Sequence record: PX969468.1
Source of the DNA: a phage
Length of the DNA: 64,000 nucleotides
Direction: 5' to 3' (one strand)
The translations under genes were made by a program, and so were the position numbers. This document shows positions 54,587-64,000 of the stretch, piece by piece. Each line of letters begins with the position of its first letter. The stretch's first letter is position 1. The notes under the pieces are model-generated. The model was not told the DNA's origin. It made no database searches and saw only the letters and a program-made list of their open reading frames with translations.

Positions 54587-56332
54587 ATGGCGCAAGACAT
54601 GACAAGCTTCGAGCAGGCGGTAGATCAAGTAATTGTTGATTCTGAACGTTTGCACTTGATTGTCAACGGTAACGCTGTGGATGAAGTTGTCGTAGAGGAT
54701 GGGACCACCATCCCTACGGTACGAAAAGCCATGCTTGACACCCTTTATTTTAAAACGCCACCAATCCCTTGGGCGTATGGTGCATCCACAACAGTTTTTA
54801 ACCAGTTGTATGAGTTTAAAGGGGATACAGGCACTCAGTGGTGGTATGCCCCAGCAGCATCAAAATCTAACCCGGTTAGGATGCCAGCAGATCCTTCACA
54901 ATCTCCGAACTGGAGATTATATACCGATTCTGCAGTAATGGCAAAATACTACGCAAAACTTAACAGTCCAAGGTTCGAAGGTGACCCGAGAGCACCTACA
55001 CCTCCAATGGACGATAAGTCCGAGTCTATAGCAAACACAGAGTTTGTTGTTGACTATGTGGATAGTATATTCAAAGCCATGGAGGGGATGAAAGTAACTG
55101 TAGGGTCTTTGGTAGTAAAAGGTCTTACAGAACTGGCTAACACCATAGTTGGTGGCACCCTTACCATACACGGGCCTGTTAATGGAGCGGATTCTACTGC
55201 ACGCTTCAGGAACCTAATCCTTACTGCAAATACTTCTACACTAACTTTTGCGTGGAGCGATCCTAAGCATGCCGACTGGAGAAGCACAGAGCTGCAACCT
55301 CATGAAGTATCCACCCACAGAGTTATAGCCGACACTATAACCTCTGGGAAACCAGTGGCTAATAACAACGATGTGCATTTTGACGGTCTAGGTAATAACT
55401 TTTTTGACTACGTGTACATTCGTGGTAATGCCATGAAGGCAGCAACCGAACCGACATTGCAGGTCGATGGGACCACTAGGGTTAAGAACCTTGAGGTGAC
55501 AGGTACCGTTACAGGGATAACCTACTCTGTCGATGGCACCATGATCTACCCTAGCTATATTGAAAGCACGGGTGACGCATTAATAAATGGTGATTTGGAG
55601 GTTGGCGGGTCTGTAGTTATTCGAGGTACGGCCTCTATCCAAAACATAGCTCTGAATACTCTCAGAGTCAATGAGCGTGCAACTTTTGAAGGAGAAGGGC
55701 TTACAGCCAACAAAGGTGTAATTACCGAGCTGACAACCACCACTTTAACTGCAACAACTGCAAACTCTGAAAACTGCAACGTTACCAGAAACTTGCAGGT
55801 AAATGGGGATGTTAGTTTAAACGCAGCAGGTACGGGCACCACCTACCTTCACAACCTTGAAATATCCGGCACAGTGACTGGTTGGCTGCCAGACTTCTCT
55901 AATGTCAACTTTGTCTGTAATGGTATTAACTCTAGTGGTAAGATAACCACCTCTCAAGAAATTGAGGCTGGTAAAACCATCACTGCCCCTACTTTCCACG
56001 CAGGGAAGGTAGATTTCGATTTAGAGGAGGTTGACGCGTCCAGTGGGACATGGACACCTAACGGGCAGGCCAGTATGTATGTTGTCCACGCTAAAGGGGA
56101 TTTTACAATAGGCCAATGGCCTGGAACATCGGCTGAAGATAAACCTTACCCGTTTACTGCAATCATCTATGTCATTCAAGATGCCGTAGGCCACAACGTG
56201 ACTTTGCACGATAAATATGCCATACTGTCGGCTACCCCTGTTATTAACAACAAAGCCAACAGCGTCACCTTGCTACAATTGACATATTGTGGTGTTGGTG
56301 ATATCGTAGATGTGGTTATTGCACAACGTTAA
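54587..56332 (+). CDS. tail fibre protein
   Basis: 581 codons; motif KLNSPRFEGDPRAPTPP resembling the conserved tail-fibre motif; Gly/Thr/Asn-rich repeats. Confidence 0.55.
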   Translation: MAQDMTSFEQAVDQVIVDSERLHLIVNGNAVDEVVVEDGTTIPTVRKAMLDTLYFKTPPIPWAYGASTTVFNQLYEFKGDTGTQWWYAPAASKSNPVRMPADPSQSPNWRLYTDSAVMAKYYAKLNSPRFEGDPRAPTPPMDDKSESIANTEFVVDYVDSIFKAMEGMKVTVGSLVVKGLTELANTIVGGTLTIHGPVNGADSTARFRNLILTANTSTLTFAWSDPKHADWRSTELQPHEVSTHRVIADTITSGKPVANNNDVHFDGLGNNFFDYVYIRGNAMKAATEPTLQVDGTTRVKNLEVTGTVTGITYSVDGTMIYPSYIESTGDALINGDLEVGGSVVIRGTASIQNIALNTLRVNERATFEGEGLTANKGVITELTTTTLTATTANSENCNVTRNLQVNGDVSLNAAGTGTTYLHNLEISGTVTGWLPDFSNVNFVCNGINSSGKITTSQEIEAGKTITAPTFHAGKVDFDLEEVDASSGTWTPNGQASMYVVHAKGDFTIGQWPGTSAEDKPYPFTAIIYVIQDAVGHNVTLHDKYAILSATPVINNKANSVTLLQLTYCGVGDIVDVVIAQR

Positions 56333-56340
56333 TATATCTG

Positions 56341-56367
56341 ACCGCTCCTGACGGGGCGGTTTTCTTA
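56341..56367 (+). terminator. terminator-like hairpin
   Basis: stem CCGCTCC/GGGGCGG, loop TGAC, then TTTTCTT. Confidence 0.45.
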
Positions 56368-56380
56368 TCTGGAGAACACA

Positions 56381-59300
56381 ATGCTTCCAATCCCTTTGCT
56401 AAAACTTGGTCGTCATTTCCTCGATAAGAGGGGTGGAGTTAAGGAACTTGCTGTTCTGTCATACCCAATAGACAACAGTGACGGTACAAGCACTACAGTG
56501 CCATATGTAAATAGCTTAGCCATACTTTTTGACGACGGTCAACTCAATATTACAGGTTACAACAGGTTCGGGGAGTGCAGGACTGGAGATCTTGACACGA
56601 TAAACTACCCAAATGAGGCTGCCTGGAACGTTGATCATGTGTGGAGAGCAGACCGTGCGTTTGTGATCCGAACTTTTGATAATCAGTTTTTCTACATCGG
56701 CTGCACTGCAGGGCTTATTGGATCTGATGCTGCAGGTGGTAATGATGTTTGTGTAAGGGAGTGGACACCTCTTCCTGAACAGATTGTTAAAGGGTTGCAC
56801 CTTGACACCCACCCGGAGCGCCTTGTTGAGGTGATGGGTGGTATTAACAACACTGTCTGGGTTATTGCAGAGGCAGAAGGCACAGGCATACTGAATCTGT
56901 ATGGGTCTGGTAACAACACCTACGGATCTTTGCATGTAGATAAAAATCAGCATGCAACCCCTGTAAAGATCGGTGAGACATCGGAAAATCCTGAAACAGG
57001 CCCTTGGAAAAACCCAAGCATTAACTGCGAGGTGCATGACAACTCTGTTATTTTCGGTGGTCCTAGAGGTTTCTGGATTGCTGGATACGACTTTCTGAGA
57101 AATAACAGTAGAAACGACCTTGTTTGGCCTCCTGTGCAGATTACTCGTAACGATTTGAGAGGCATTCCTGCAGATGAGGAGTGGAAAGGGTTTATGTGTG
57201 GTCCTAACGGGGCAATAATTGCCACACAGAGGATGCACAAACCTAATGACCAGCAGCTTGTTAACGTATTCTACGGGCAAGACGTCTGGGGAGATGACAC
57301 ATGGCGTTCCTTAAATATCACCTACACCCATGAGGTGATAATGGCTCGTGGATACGGCACAAGTGGCATTTTCTTCAATAATGGCACTAAGCAGTATCGT
57401 GGGTTCTCTCGCAACTTGTGTAATGATATTGGTGCACAATCTGCAAACAATAGCCCTAGGGCCAATTTTATCCACTATCAAGCTCTTGCTACAGCTAAAT
57501 ATGTTGAGCAACGCCTGCCAGTTAGCTGGACAGAGAGTGTTTATTTCCAAGGCATCCACAGAGAAGGTTTCTTAGGGACCTTTACTGTTGTTAATGGTAA
57601 ACTTTGGTGGTCAGGCATCCCGAGGGGAAGTTTTGCAGGATCTAACAACCTGTTTGGCGGCAGACTTAATAGTCAGGGGTTCACAGAGGTTCCTGAGAAT
57701 TGGTATAAAAATGTCCCAGTAGACAGTTGGGGTGTTGATGATATTTTCGATGTTAACGGTGTTAGCAGCGTTAGCAATATCTACATTGGTGACACGGTCA
57801 AGATGAAACTGAAGCCTCAGCCAGAGGGGGCTACGTTCATTATTGACAAAATTGAACTGGTAAATGCTGCAGGCACGGTTGTTACAGATGCAAATTACCA
57901 ATTCTCCACCAACTGGAACCACGGTGGGGCCAACGAAGTTGTTGTTACCCAATATAACAGAAATGTTAACAGACGTGGACTGTACTCTGTAAAAATAACC
58001 TATCATGACAAACATGGCACAGGCAGAACCCACACAACAAGGACTTTGAACTGGAACACTATCGTCCCAGCGTACCCGTCTGATGGTAAATGGCATACTG
58101 TCGGTAGAAACAAACAGTTCCATGTCAACGATACTGTATACTTTGGGTTGAATGCCGCCCAGCCTGCAGTAGAAGGGGATACATCGTATATGGTCAGACT
58201 CCATAGAATGGATGCTGGATCAGTAACTTATGATGTTACTCAAGAGATTTATAATCAGCGACGAAATACCTATGATAACTTGGTGCAGACACAGGCCTTA
58301 TGGGAGTTCAACCCAAACGGCAGAGGTGGTAAAATGTTGCAGGTCAATGAACAAAACTGGACATCGTTGACTGTTCACGAACACCAAAACCCTTGGCCTG
58401 ATCCTGGAAAACCTAACTCTGGTGCTCGTACACTGAAAATTGTCAGCCATGATGTAGGGTATTTCGGAATACGCTGGGAAGCTACAGTAAGATATGCTGA
58501 TGGGACAACAAACAACATAGGGATCACTCTTGGTGGCACTAGTGAGGATAACTCACTGAAAATTGCCTACACCCCTAGAGGCATCTCTATTGACAATATG
58601 GATGTTGTTCGCAACGGTTACGGCGATGTGAATGTCAAAGTTACTCTTGGCGAACATCTTGGTGGGGAAAGGATCATCATGTATGCCTTTGATCATGACC
58701 CTCGCACCAATGGAACCTATGCAGACCAAGCATGGAGTTACCTGATAAGCGCACCTGAGCCAAATACTAAAGAATTCTACTATGGTATGAAGCGAGATGT
58801 GTGCAAGAAAACAGGAACACATGACTGGATTGCTATCTGCGTTAAAGATGAGCGCACAGCTTGGGATGAGCCTGTTAACAGATGGTTCATAGGTATTCCT
58901 ACCAGAAGTGATAAGTATGTCGCAGAGTATATTGTATGCATGGGCGGTACCAACCTGAACATGTGTTGGAACGAAGATGTAAACAAATACTCTGATTATG
59001 ACTATATGAGGGATTACTCTTGCAATCTGTGGTTTAACCAAACTACAGGTTACCCTCCGCGTCAGGCAAGGGTAAATCCTGCAATCTTTACAGATACTCA
59101 GGTTTTCTTGACAAAACAGGCCAACGAGGTTCAGACCTTCAAGAATAAATACGATCCTAACAAGTGGTTCTACAACTGTTACGGCGCATTTTTCTGGGGC
59201 CCTGGTGAGTTACCTGGTGGAGGATCTTGCTTGAATGAGGCAACTTACGCCAGTGACTACATCATGGGGCAGGTCAAGAAGTATAAGATAATTCCCGGTC

Positions 59301-62008
59301 CTGAAACTCTGGGTAATGCCGTTGACCCTTATATCATCATGACTGCACTGAGATCCAACATGGACGGGACATCCATGTCTATGCAAATTCCGGTAACAAA
59401 CGGGTACAAACGTGTTGTGATGATCATTAAGTGCGACTTAATAGGTAAACAAGTTCTTGCAGAAAACGGGACATCCACACATCCTTTTGAGGTTGCTCTG
59501 CACTATCAGTTTGCTGACTCACCTTTTGCAGGCGATAAGAGAATATCTGATACAGATGCACAGCGTTGTAAGAAAGTATTGTTGGGTGCAGGTTGGTGGT
59601 GGTATGAGTTTGATTTAACAGACAAATTCACCGACACGTCTAAAGTTGTAACAGGACTTCGTCTAGACCTTGGTGAGAACATGCACAAAGCTGTTTGTGA
59701 TGGCACCTATGGTGACCCTACAATATACCTAAAATATATTTCTTTTGAGCATCCGGAAGATGTTGTCTACGGTCCAAAACTGAGATTGTTTGGCAGTTGG
59801 ATTGCAAAAGATAGGGTAGGGATGGGTAAGAAGGTGAGAGGGTTCTTGGTTGATGCAGGAACAGAAGACATGCTGGTTAATGCAGTATGGCCTGAATTAC
59901 CCGGGACTCAGTGGAACAACTCAGCCAAATCTATAAACTGGTTTAACATTCATAGAGCCATGTGGACCACCAACTGCTACTTGTGGAGAGAGCTTAACGA
60001 TCAGGCCTTTGGCTTCAGCGATGGTAGAAGGATGGCGATCATTTGCTGGACAACACTGCAAAGATGTTATGACCATGACTACGAGATTGGGGGCAGGGCA
60101 TGGAAAAATATCAGGGACAGAATCATAACCAATTTTGCAGACGACAACGGTGGTGGAGCACATAACTTTGGCACAAGCCGACTCATCCATTTGAACGGAT
60201 CCTCAGCCTACAAGAAAGAAGGTTACTCTGGGTCTATGATCGAGTGGGGTCTGGTGAAAGATGCTCGCGTATTGATGGGCCAGCAACTTGCTGCCGCAAT
60301 AGGTCCCAGCGCAGTGCAGTCGGTTAAACCAGCGTGGTTCGATATTCCAATATGGTCATCTGGAACACCAGGAACTGCTGCAATCAATCCTACTACCGGG
60401 GATCTGGAAATCTCTTGGGAGGACTTGAAGCAGGTTGGGGGCTGGGATAAGACAGGGTACCAGGTGCAATGGTGGAGGTCTGACGGATCGTTAGCTGCTG
60501 ATGAGTTTGTTAAGGACAACTTCTACACCATGCCCTCTGCAAAAGCACAACAACTGTTCGGTCAGTCTACCCCGTCAACGATCACCATGTCCATGTGCTG
60601 TAAAGACAACAGGACTGGAGCTTTGGGCCCAAGGGTTGCTAAAGTTTTCTCAGGTATCAAATGGAATCTTCCTGTTCAAAGTGTTGCATGGAAGCAAATA
60701 GGCGATAACAAGCTGCTAGTTACCCCAGCTTGTCAGTTCAACGCAACTCTTAACGTTGATCCTGCTGTTGCGGCAAACTCAGCTAAAGCTTCTGACTTCT
60801 CTGTGTCTAACACTGCCATGGCAGATGTGAGGAAGATTGACACGCTGAACGCCAGAATTACCTGTAAAAACACTTATGGCACATTTCAGATCATCAACAA
60901 CTTCACAGACGCGGATTCTAAGGTAGTGAGGACAGCAAGCCAGACTCTGAGTTTAGGAACTCTGGCCTATGCGGCCCTGATCACTGAACAGTCAGCAACA
61001 CTCCAAGGGGGTGGTGTAGGCAAGTCCATTACAACACCTGTGTGGAAGCCAAATGAGTGGGTTGTGTTTGATTTGACCGTGGACTTCTCCAGCGATAATA
61101 ACTGGACATGGGTAAGGAATTGCTTGTCACAACTGATGGGTGGTCCAAGCTCCGTTAGTGATAGCCACTACTCCACTGACCCGAGTGTGTTTCAGGTGGG
61201 TAAAACTCACCCGGAGACTGGAGCAACGTTGCCTGACAGGAAGTATGCTTTGGTTTGCATCTCTTACGGGAAGGCAGATGTCACCTTCTCAGGGACACAC
61301 ACTTATAACGGAACCTACAACTTCTCAAGGAAGTATAGTCTCAAAGCAGGGAACATTATAGACGAGGTTGGTGTGCTGTATAATCCTGGCAACGGCATAG
61401 GGATTGTGGGCGGTAAACTGCAGATGCAGGAACCTTCTATTACCCCTTCCAACGTATCCGGGATTAGAAAGACTTGGGAAAGTAGTAATACCAACATTGC
61501 AACAGTGGATGCCACCACAGGGCTGGTAACATTTAAAGCTACTGGGAATGTCACCATAAAGTTTGTAGTTACAGATGATGCAGGCCGCAAAACGTCTTCA
61601 ACATCGTTTACTGTCAGACAGATGGCACCTCAGTGGTTTATTTGGGAAGGAAATCCTCTTGACGGGGCTTACCCTAGACCTGCAGGAACGTCCAATATGA
61701 GGGTCTTTACCGGTCCGGTCATGAACAATCCGACCACAACCACCAACCCTACATTTTTTGGTGCTTACATACCTGAAATTATTGGCCTACCAAGGAACCA
61801 GATACAACTGCTTTTCGGAGCAGGTGTTGATGGTCTAGCCACTTTTGGGTACAGTGACAACATTGATGCAGCCAGAAGCTCGGGTTGGATTGGATTTAAG
61901 TTTCAGTGGAACCCTGGTGGTAGAACATTAGGTGTTGCAAGCATAGGTGTTATGCTACCTGGTGACCAGCAATACCATCTCGAAGCTTATACAAACTTCC
62001 CTAGTTAA
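56381..62008 (+). CDS. very large virion-associated protein (putative receptor-binding/tail protein) with Ig-like domain
   Basis: 1875 codons, uninterrupted; N-terminal repeats with YGSGNNTYGSLHVD-type motifs (propeller-like, tentative); C-terminal segment SITPSNVSGIRKTWESSNTNIATVDATTGLVTFKATGNVTIKFVVTDDAGRKTSSTSFTV typical of bacterial Ig-like domains. Confidence 0.5.
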   Translation: MLPIPLLKLGRHFLDKRGGVKELAVLSYPIDNSDGTSTTVPYVNSLAILFDDGQLNITGYNRFGECRTGDLDTINYPNEAAWNVDHVWRADRAFVIRTFDNQFFYIGCTAGLIGSDAAGGNDVCVREWTPLPEQIVKGLHLDTHPERLVEVMGGINNTVWVIAEAEGTGILNLYGSGNNTYGSLHVDKNQHATPVKIGETSENPETGPWKNPSINCEVHDNSVIFGGPRGFWIAGYDFLRNNSRNDLVWPPVQITRNDLRGIPADEEWKGFMCGPNGAIIATQRMHKPNDQQLVNVFYGQDVWGDDTWRSLNITYTHEVIMARGYGTSGIFFNNGTKQYRGFSRNLCNDIGAQSANNSPRANFIHYQALATAKYVEQRLPVSWTESVYFQGIHREGFLGTFTVVNGKLWWSGIPRGSFAGSNNLFGGRLNSQGFTEVPENWYKNVPVDSWGVDDIFDVNGVSSVSNIYIGDTVKMKLKPQPEGATFIIDKIELVNAAGTVVTDANYQFSTNWNHGGANEVVVTQYNRNVNRRGLYSVKITYHDKHGTGRTHTTRTLNWNTIVPAYPSDGKWHTVGRNKQFHVNDTVYFGLNAAQPAVEGDTSYMVRLHRMDAGSVTYDVTQEIYNQRRNTYDNLVQTQALWEFNPNGRGGKMLQVNEQNWTSLTVHEHQNPWPDPGKPNSGARTLKIVSHDVGYFGIRWEATVRYADGTTNNIGITLGGTSEDNSLKIAYTPRGISIDNMDVVRNGYGDVNVKVTLGEHLGGERIIMYAFDHDPRTNGTYADQAWSYLISAPEPNTKEFYYGMKRDVCKKTGTHDWIAICVKDERTAWDEPVNRWFIGIPTRSDKYVAEYIVCMGGTNLNMCWNEDVNKYSDYDYMRDYSCNLWFNQTTGYPPRQARVNPAIFTDTQVFLTKQANEVQTFKNKYDPNKWFYNCYGAFFWGPGELPGGGSCLNEATYASDYIMGQVKKYKIIPGPETLGNAVDPYIIMTALRSNMDGTSMSMQIPVTNGYKRVVMIIKCDLIGKQVLAENGTSTHPFEVALHYQFADSPFAGDKRISDTDAQRCKKVLLGAGWWWYEFDLTDKFTDTSKVVTGLRLDLGENMHKAVCDGTYGDPTIYLKYISFEHPEDVVYGPKLRLFGSWIAKDRVGMGKKVRGFLVDAGTEDMLVNAVWPELPGTQWNNSAKSINWFNIHRAMWTTNCYLWRELNDQAFGFSDGRRMAIICWTTLQRCYDHDYEIGGRAWKNIRDRIITNFADDNGGGAHNFGTSRLIHLNGSSAYKKEGYSGSMIEWGLVKDARVLMGQQLAAAIGPSAVQSVKPAWFDIPIWSSGTPGTAAINPTTGDLEISWEDLKQVGGWDKTGYQVQWWRSDGSLAADEFVKDNFYTMPSAKAQQLFGQSTPSTITMSMCCKDNRTGALGPRVAKVFSGIKWNLPVQSVAWKQIGDNKLLVTPACQFNATLNVDPAVAANSAKASDFSVSNTAMADVRKIDTLNARITCKNTYGTFQIINNFTDADSKVVRTASQTLSLGTLAYAALITEQSATLQGGGVGKSITTPVWKPNEWVVFDLTVDFSSDNNWTWVRNCLSQLMGGPSSVSDSHYSTDPSVFQVGKTHPETGATLPDRKYALVCISYGKADVTFSGTHTYNGTYNFSRKYSLKAGNIIDEVGVLYNPGNGIGIVGGKLQMQEPSITPSNVSGIRKTWESSNTNIATVDATTGLVTFKATGNVTIKFVVTDDAGRKTSSTSFTVRQMAPQWFIWEGNPLDGAYPRPAGTSNMRVFTGPVMNNPTTTTNPTFFGAYIPEIIGLPRNQIQLLFGAGVDGLATFGYSDNIDAARSSGWIGFKFQWNPGGRTLGVASIGVMLPGDQQYHLEAYTNFPS

Positions 62009-62018
62009 CAGGAGGCAA

Positions 62019-62050
62019 ATAAAAAGGGGGCCAGACGGCCCCTTTCTTTT
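62019..62050. terminator. bidirectional rho-independent terminator between convergent genes
   Basis: stem GGGGCC/GGCCCC, loop AGAC, A-run upstream and T-run downstream. Confidence 0.65.
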
Positions 62051-62055
62051 TATAA

Positions 62056-62256
62056 TTAGTAATATTCCCAACACGACCCATCTTCAGACGGCTGGACACG
62101 CTTACCTTCATGATCGACATAGGTGTAACCACAGCCTTCACAGATAACAGGGGCCGCATAACCTTCCTTCCACTGGTCCTCTGTGATCAGTCCTTTCAGA
62201 TCTCCGCAGTCACGACCAAACAACTCTTCAGAACAATCTTTGCAAAAATCAGCCAT
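62056..62256 (-). CDS. small Cys-rich zinc-ribbon-like protein
   Basis: 66 codons; CKDC...CEGCG pairs. Confidence 0.4.
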   Translation of the reverse strand: MADFCKDCSEELFGRDCGDLKGLITEDQWKEGYAAPVICEGCGYTYVDHEGKRVQPSEDGSCWEYY

Positions 62257-62259
62257 TTC

Positions 62260-62706
62260 TCAGTCCTCGCATTTAACAAATTTTTCTACAGATCCACCAA
62301 GCACAGCTTGTTGTTTAATGGCACTTTCTTCATCATAGTGGGTAGATTTATGTTCCGTACCTCCAAACTTACCTGTGTGGAAGGTGTGCACCCAAATCTC
62401 TTTAGGAAGGGATTTATTCTCTTCCTCCACCAACTCCCACATACCCCACAAGTGATCTGTGATATCTCTGATGAAATATCCCTCACCGAGGTTTGTATTC
62501 ACACTATAAGCTGATTCGTGATCTCCGCAAATATAACGGAAGGCAGTGTACTCTTTACCTGGTGTGAAGTGAGTGTCCATTAGTATAGCTGTTAAAGAAT
62601 AAGGGTCTCGAAAGCCTAAGAACTTTAGTTTAACAATTTCGACATTTACATCCGCAAGATTATCCATGACGATCTCCTCTGTTCGGTTGGTGAGATAATC
62701 ATACAT
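62260..62706 (-). CDS. hypothetical protein
   Basis: 148 codons; His-rich motifs GDHES and HTFHTG; function not assignable. Confidence 0.4.
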   Translation of the reverse strand: MYDYLTNRTEEIVMDNLADVNVEIVKLKFLGFRDPYSLTAILMDTHFTPGKEYTAFRYICGDHESAYSVNTNLGEGYFIRDITDHLWGMWELVEEENKSLPKEIWVHTFHTGKFGGTEHKSTHYDEESAIKQQAVLGGSVEKFVKCED

Positions 62707-62831
62707 AGATCTGGTGTTGGTGTCAAGTTTAATTTTAAGCGATTCTGGGGAGGTATTTTGTTCAGGAGGGTAATCACACAGGGTAGGGCAATTTATGAAG
62801 GCACAGGCCTCGTTTGAGGCCTTAAAATAGG

Positions 62832-63212
62832 TTATGACGCTTTGACGTAGCGCTCTGACAAAGCTGGGAAGCCAAAAGCAGTACCTATACTACCGTATGC
62901 TACCCACCAGTGAAGTTCATCGTGACACCATTTTCCGATCAGGAAGGTGCTGGGGTAGCGGGTCAGTATTTTGGCATAAGCTTTAGGGTCTGCATCCTCT
63001 GGGATAATGATACTTGGAACATCTTTGTTATGACCACAGCAGCAGTTTAGAGTTTTCAATCCTGCCGCCCATAGACTCATGATAGGCTTAGCCATGCACT
63101 TATCAAGGCACACACGTTTTTTGCCGTCACGGAGCTTTTTAGGCACATCAACGATAACATTTTGATGCTTGGCACCTTTCACTTTCCAATTATAGGATTT
63201 ACACTTGCACAT
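62832..63212 (-). CDS. hypothetical Cys-rich protein
   Basis: 126 codons; CKCK, CLDKC and NCCCGHN clusters suggest metal binding. Confidence 0.4.
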   Translation of the reverse strand: MCKCKSYNWKVKGAKHQNVIVDVPKKLRDGKKRVCLDKCMAKPIMSLWAAGLKTLNCCCGHNKDVPSIIIPEDADPKAYAKILTRYPSTFLIGKWCHDELHWWVAYGSIGTAFGFPALSERYVKAS

Positions 63213-63409
63213 TTAATCAGTCTCCATCTAGAAAGCAATACTTTACTTAAAATCTTTGTCACCTATTACGATTGCACGAATCCACTCATTGTGATGTTCA
63301 ATGGCGGTAAGATGTAACATAATGCAGTGATTGTCATTACCAAACACGGTGCGGTAAGCTTTAGCAGCACCATGATATAACTTCCACATCAGGTAATGAT
63401 ATCTTCGCC

Positions 63410-63889
63410 TCATGGCTCTTTCTCCGGTTCAGGATCTGGGTAATCTTCAATAATAAAGGGCCATCCGTTCCGCTTAGCCTCAGACTTGTACTCAATCTCC
63501 TTCATTGCAAACTCTAACTGATTTTTAGCCGGAATACATGCCGGAGAATCATCCACCCAGATGTCAGGGTAGATATCGAACTGCGCCAGGTAGGCTGCCT
63601 TCTGCACACCGCCTGTATAGAACACACCTACGTCCAACTCTTTGCGCCAATACTCAATGTCCACGTTGTCTTGAGTGATGAATCGGAAAGTCACAAGGTA
63701 TACTGTCCACCCTTCCTTTTTCAAGTCCCTAATCAGACGGGAGAAGATGAAAGGACTCGCATTAAATGTTCCATCAAAGTCAATGGCAATGATGTGTGTG
63801 CCGTGGCGAGTCTCGTATGGATTGCTTGTGGTAAGATTACTGTAGTTAAAAGGAACTTCTTCCCCGCAGTAGCTGTAGTCCATATTCAC
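63410..63889 (-). CDS. HAD-superfamily phosphatase-like protein (possible nucleotidase)
   Basis: 159 codons; motif I IAIDFDGTF (DxDGT). Confidence 0.45.
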   Translation of the reverse strand: MNMDYSYCGEEVPFNYSNLTTSNPYETRHGTHIIAIDFDGTFNASPFIFSRLIRDLKKEGWTVYLVTFRFITQDNVDIEYWRKELDVGVFYTGGVQKAAYLAQFDIYPDIWVDDSPACIPAKNQLEFAMKEIEYKSEAKRNGWPFIIEDYPDPEPEKEP

Positions 63890-64000
63890 ACCTTCTCGTT
63901 GATAAATTTACGGGCGGTTTGGTGAGTTGTTTCTGCTGTCTTCAGAATGATATTAATTTTATTGTCAAGATCATTCATCTCTGCAGTTAATTCAGGAATC

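Noticed and set aside
1-64000. CRISPR arrays, retron/DGR reverse transcriptases, restriction-modification or toxin-antitoxin cassettes
   Set aside because: No regularly spaced direct repeats with unique spacers, no reverse-transcriptase motifs and no methyltransferase motifs were seen on either strand.

Overview
This 64-kb window reads as a contiguous segment of a large, AT-rich tailed dsDNA phage genome. All calls are from reading the sequence and ORF track; no database search, RNA folding or profile comparison was run, so similarities to named families are recalled, not computed. Layout: (1) 150..9157, a leftward early operon encoding a 5'-3' exonuclease, HNH endonucleases, a lambda R-type endolysin, an ATP-dependent DNA ligase, a MazG-like protein, a Sir2-like protein and an RNA ligase. 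(2) 9258..10628, a divergent rightward kinase + metallophosphoesterase pair (with the RNA ligase, an RNA-repair triad) and an HTH-like protein. (3) 10629..13166, largely noncoding, with four tandem palindromic sites, an AT-rich inverted repeat, GC-rich structured segments and near-consensus sigma70-type promoters. (4) 13167..13978, six tRNAs plus one atypical tRNA-like element. (5) 14400..62008, a rightward late region: spanin pair, a terminase large-subunit gene interrupted by a group I-like intron carrying an HNH endonuclease, a lambda-like head module, a contractile-type tail/baseplate module, a lambda J-like protein and at least eight other fibre/spike-like genes including a 1875-codon protein. 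(6) 62056..64000, convergent leftward genes behind a bidirectional terminator. The most interesting candidates are the intron-split terminase, the RNA-repair cassette beside the tRNA cluster, the Sir2 module, the palindromic site array, and the structured noncoding segments.
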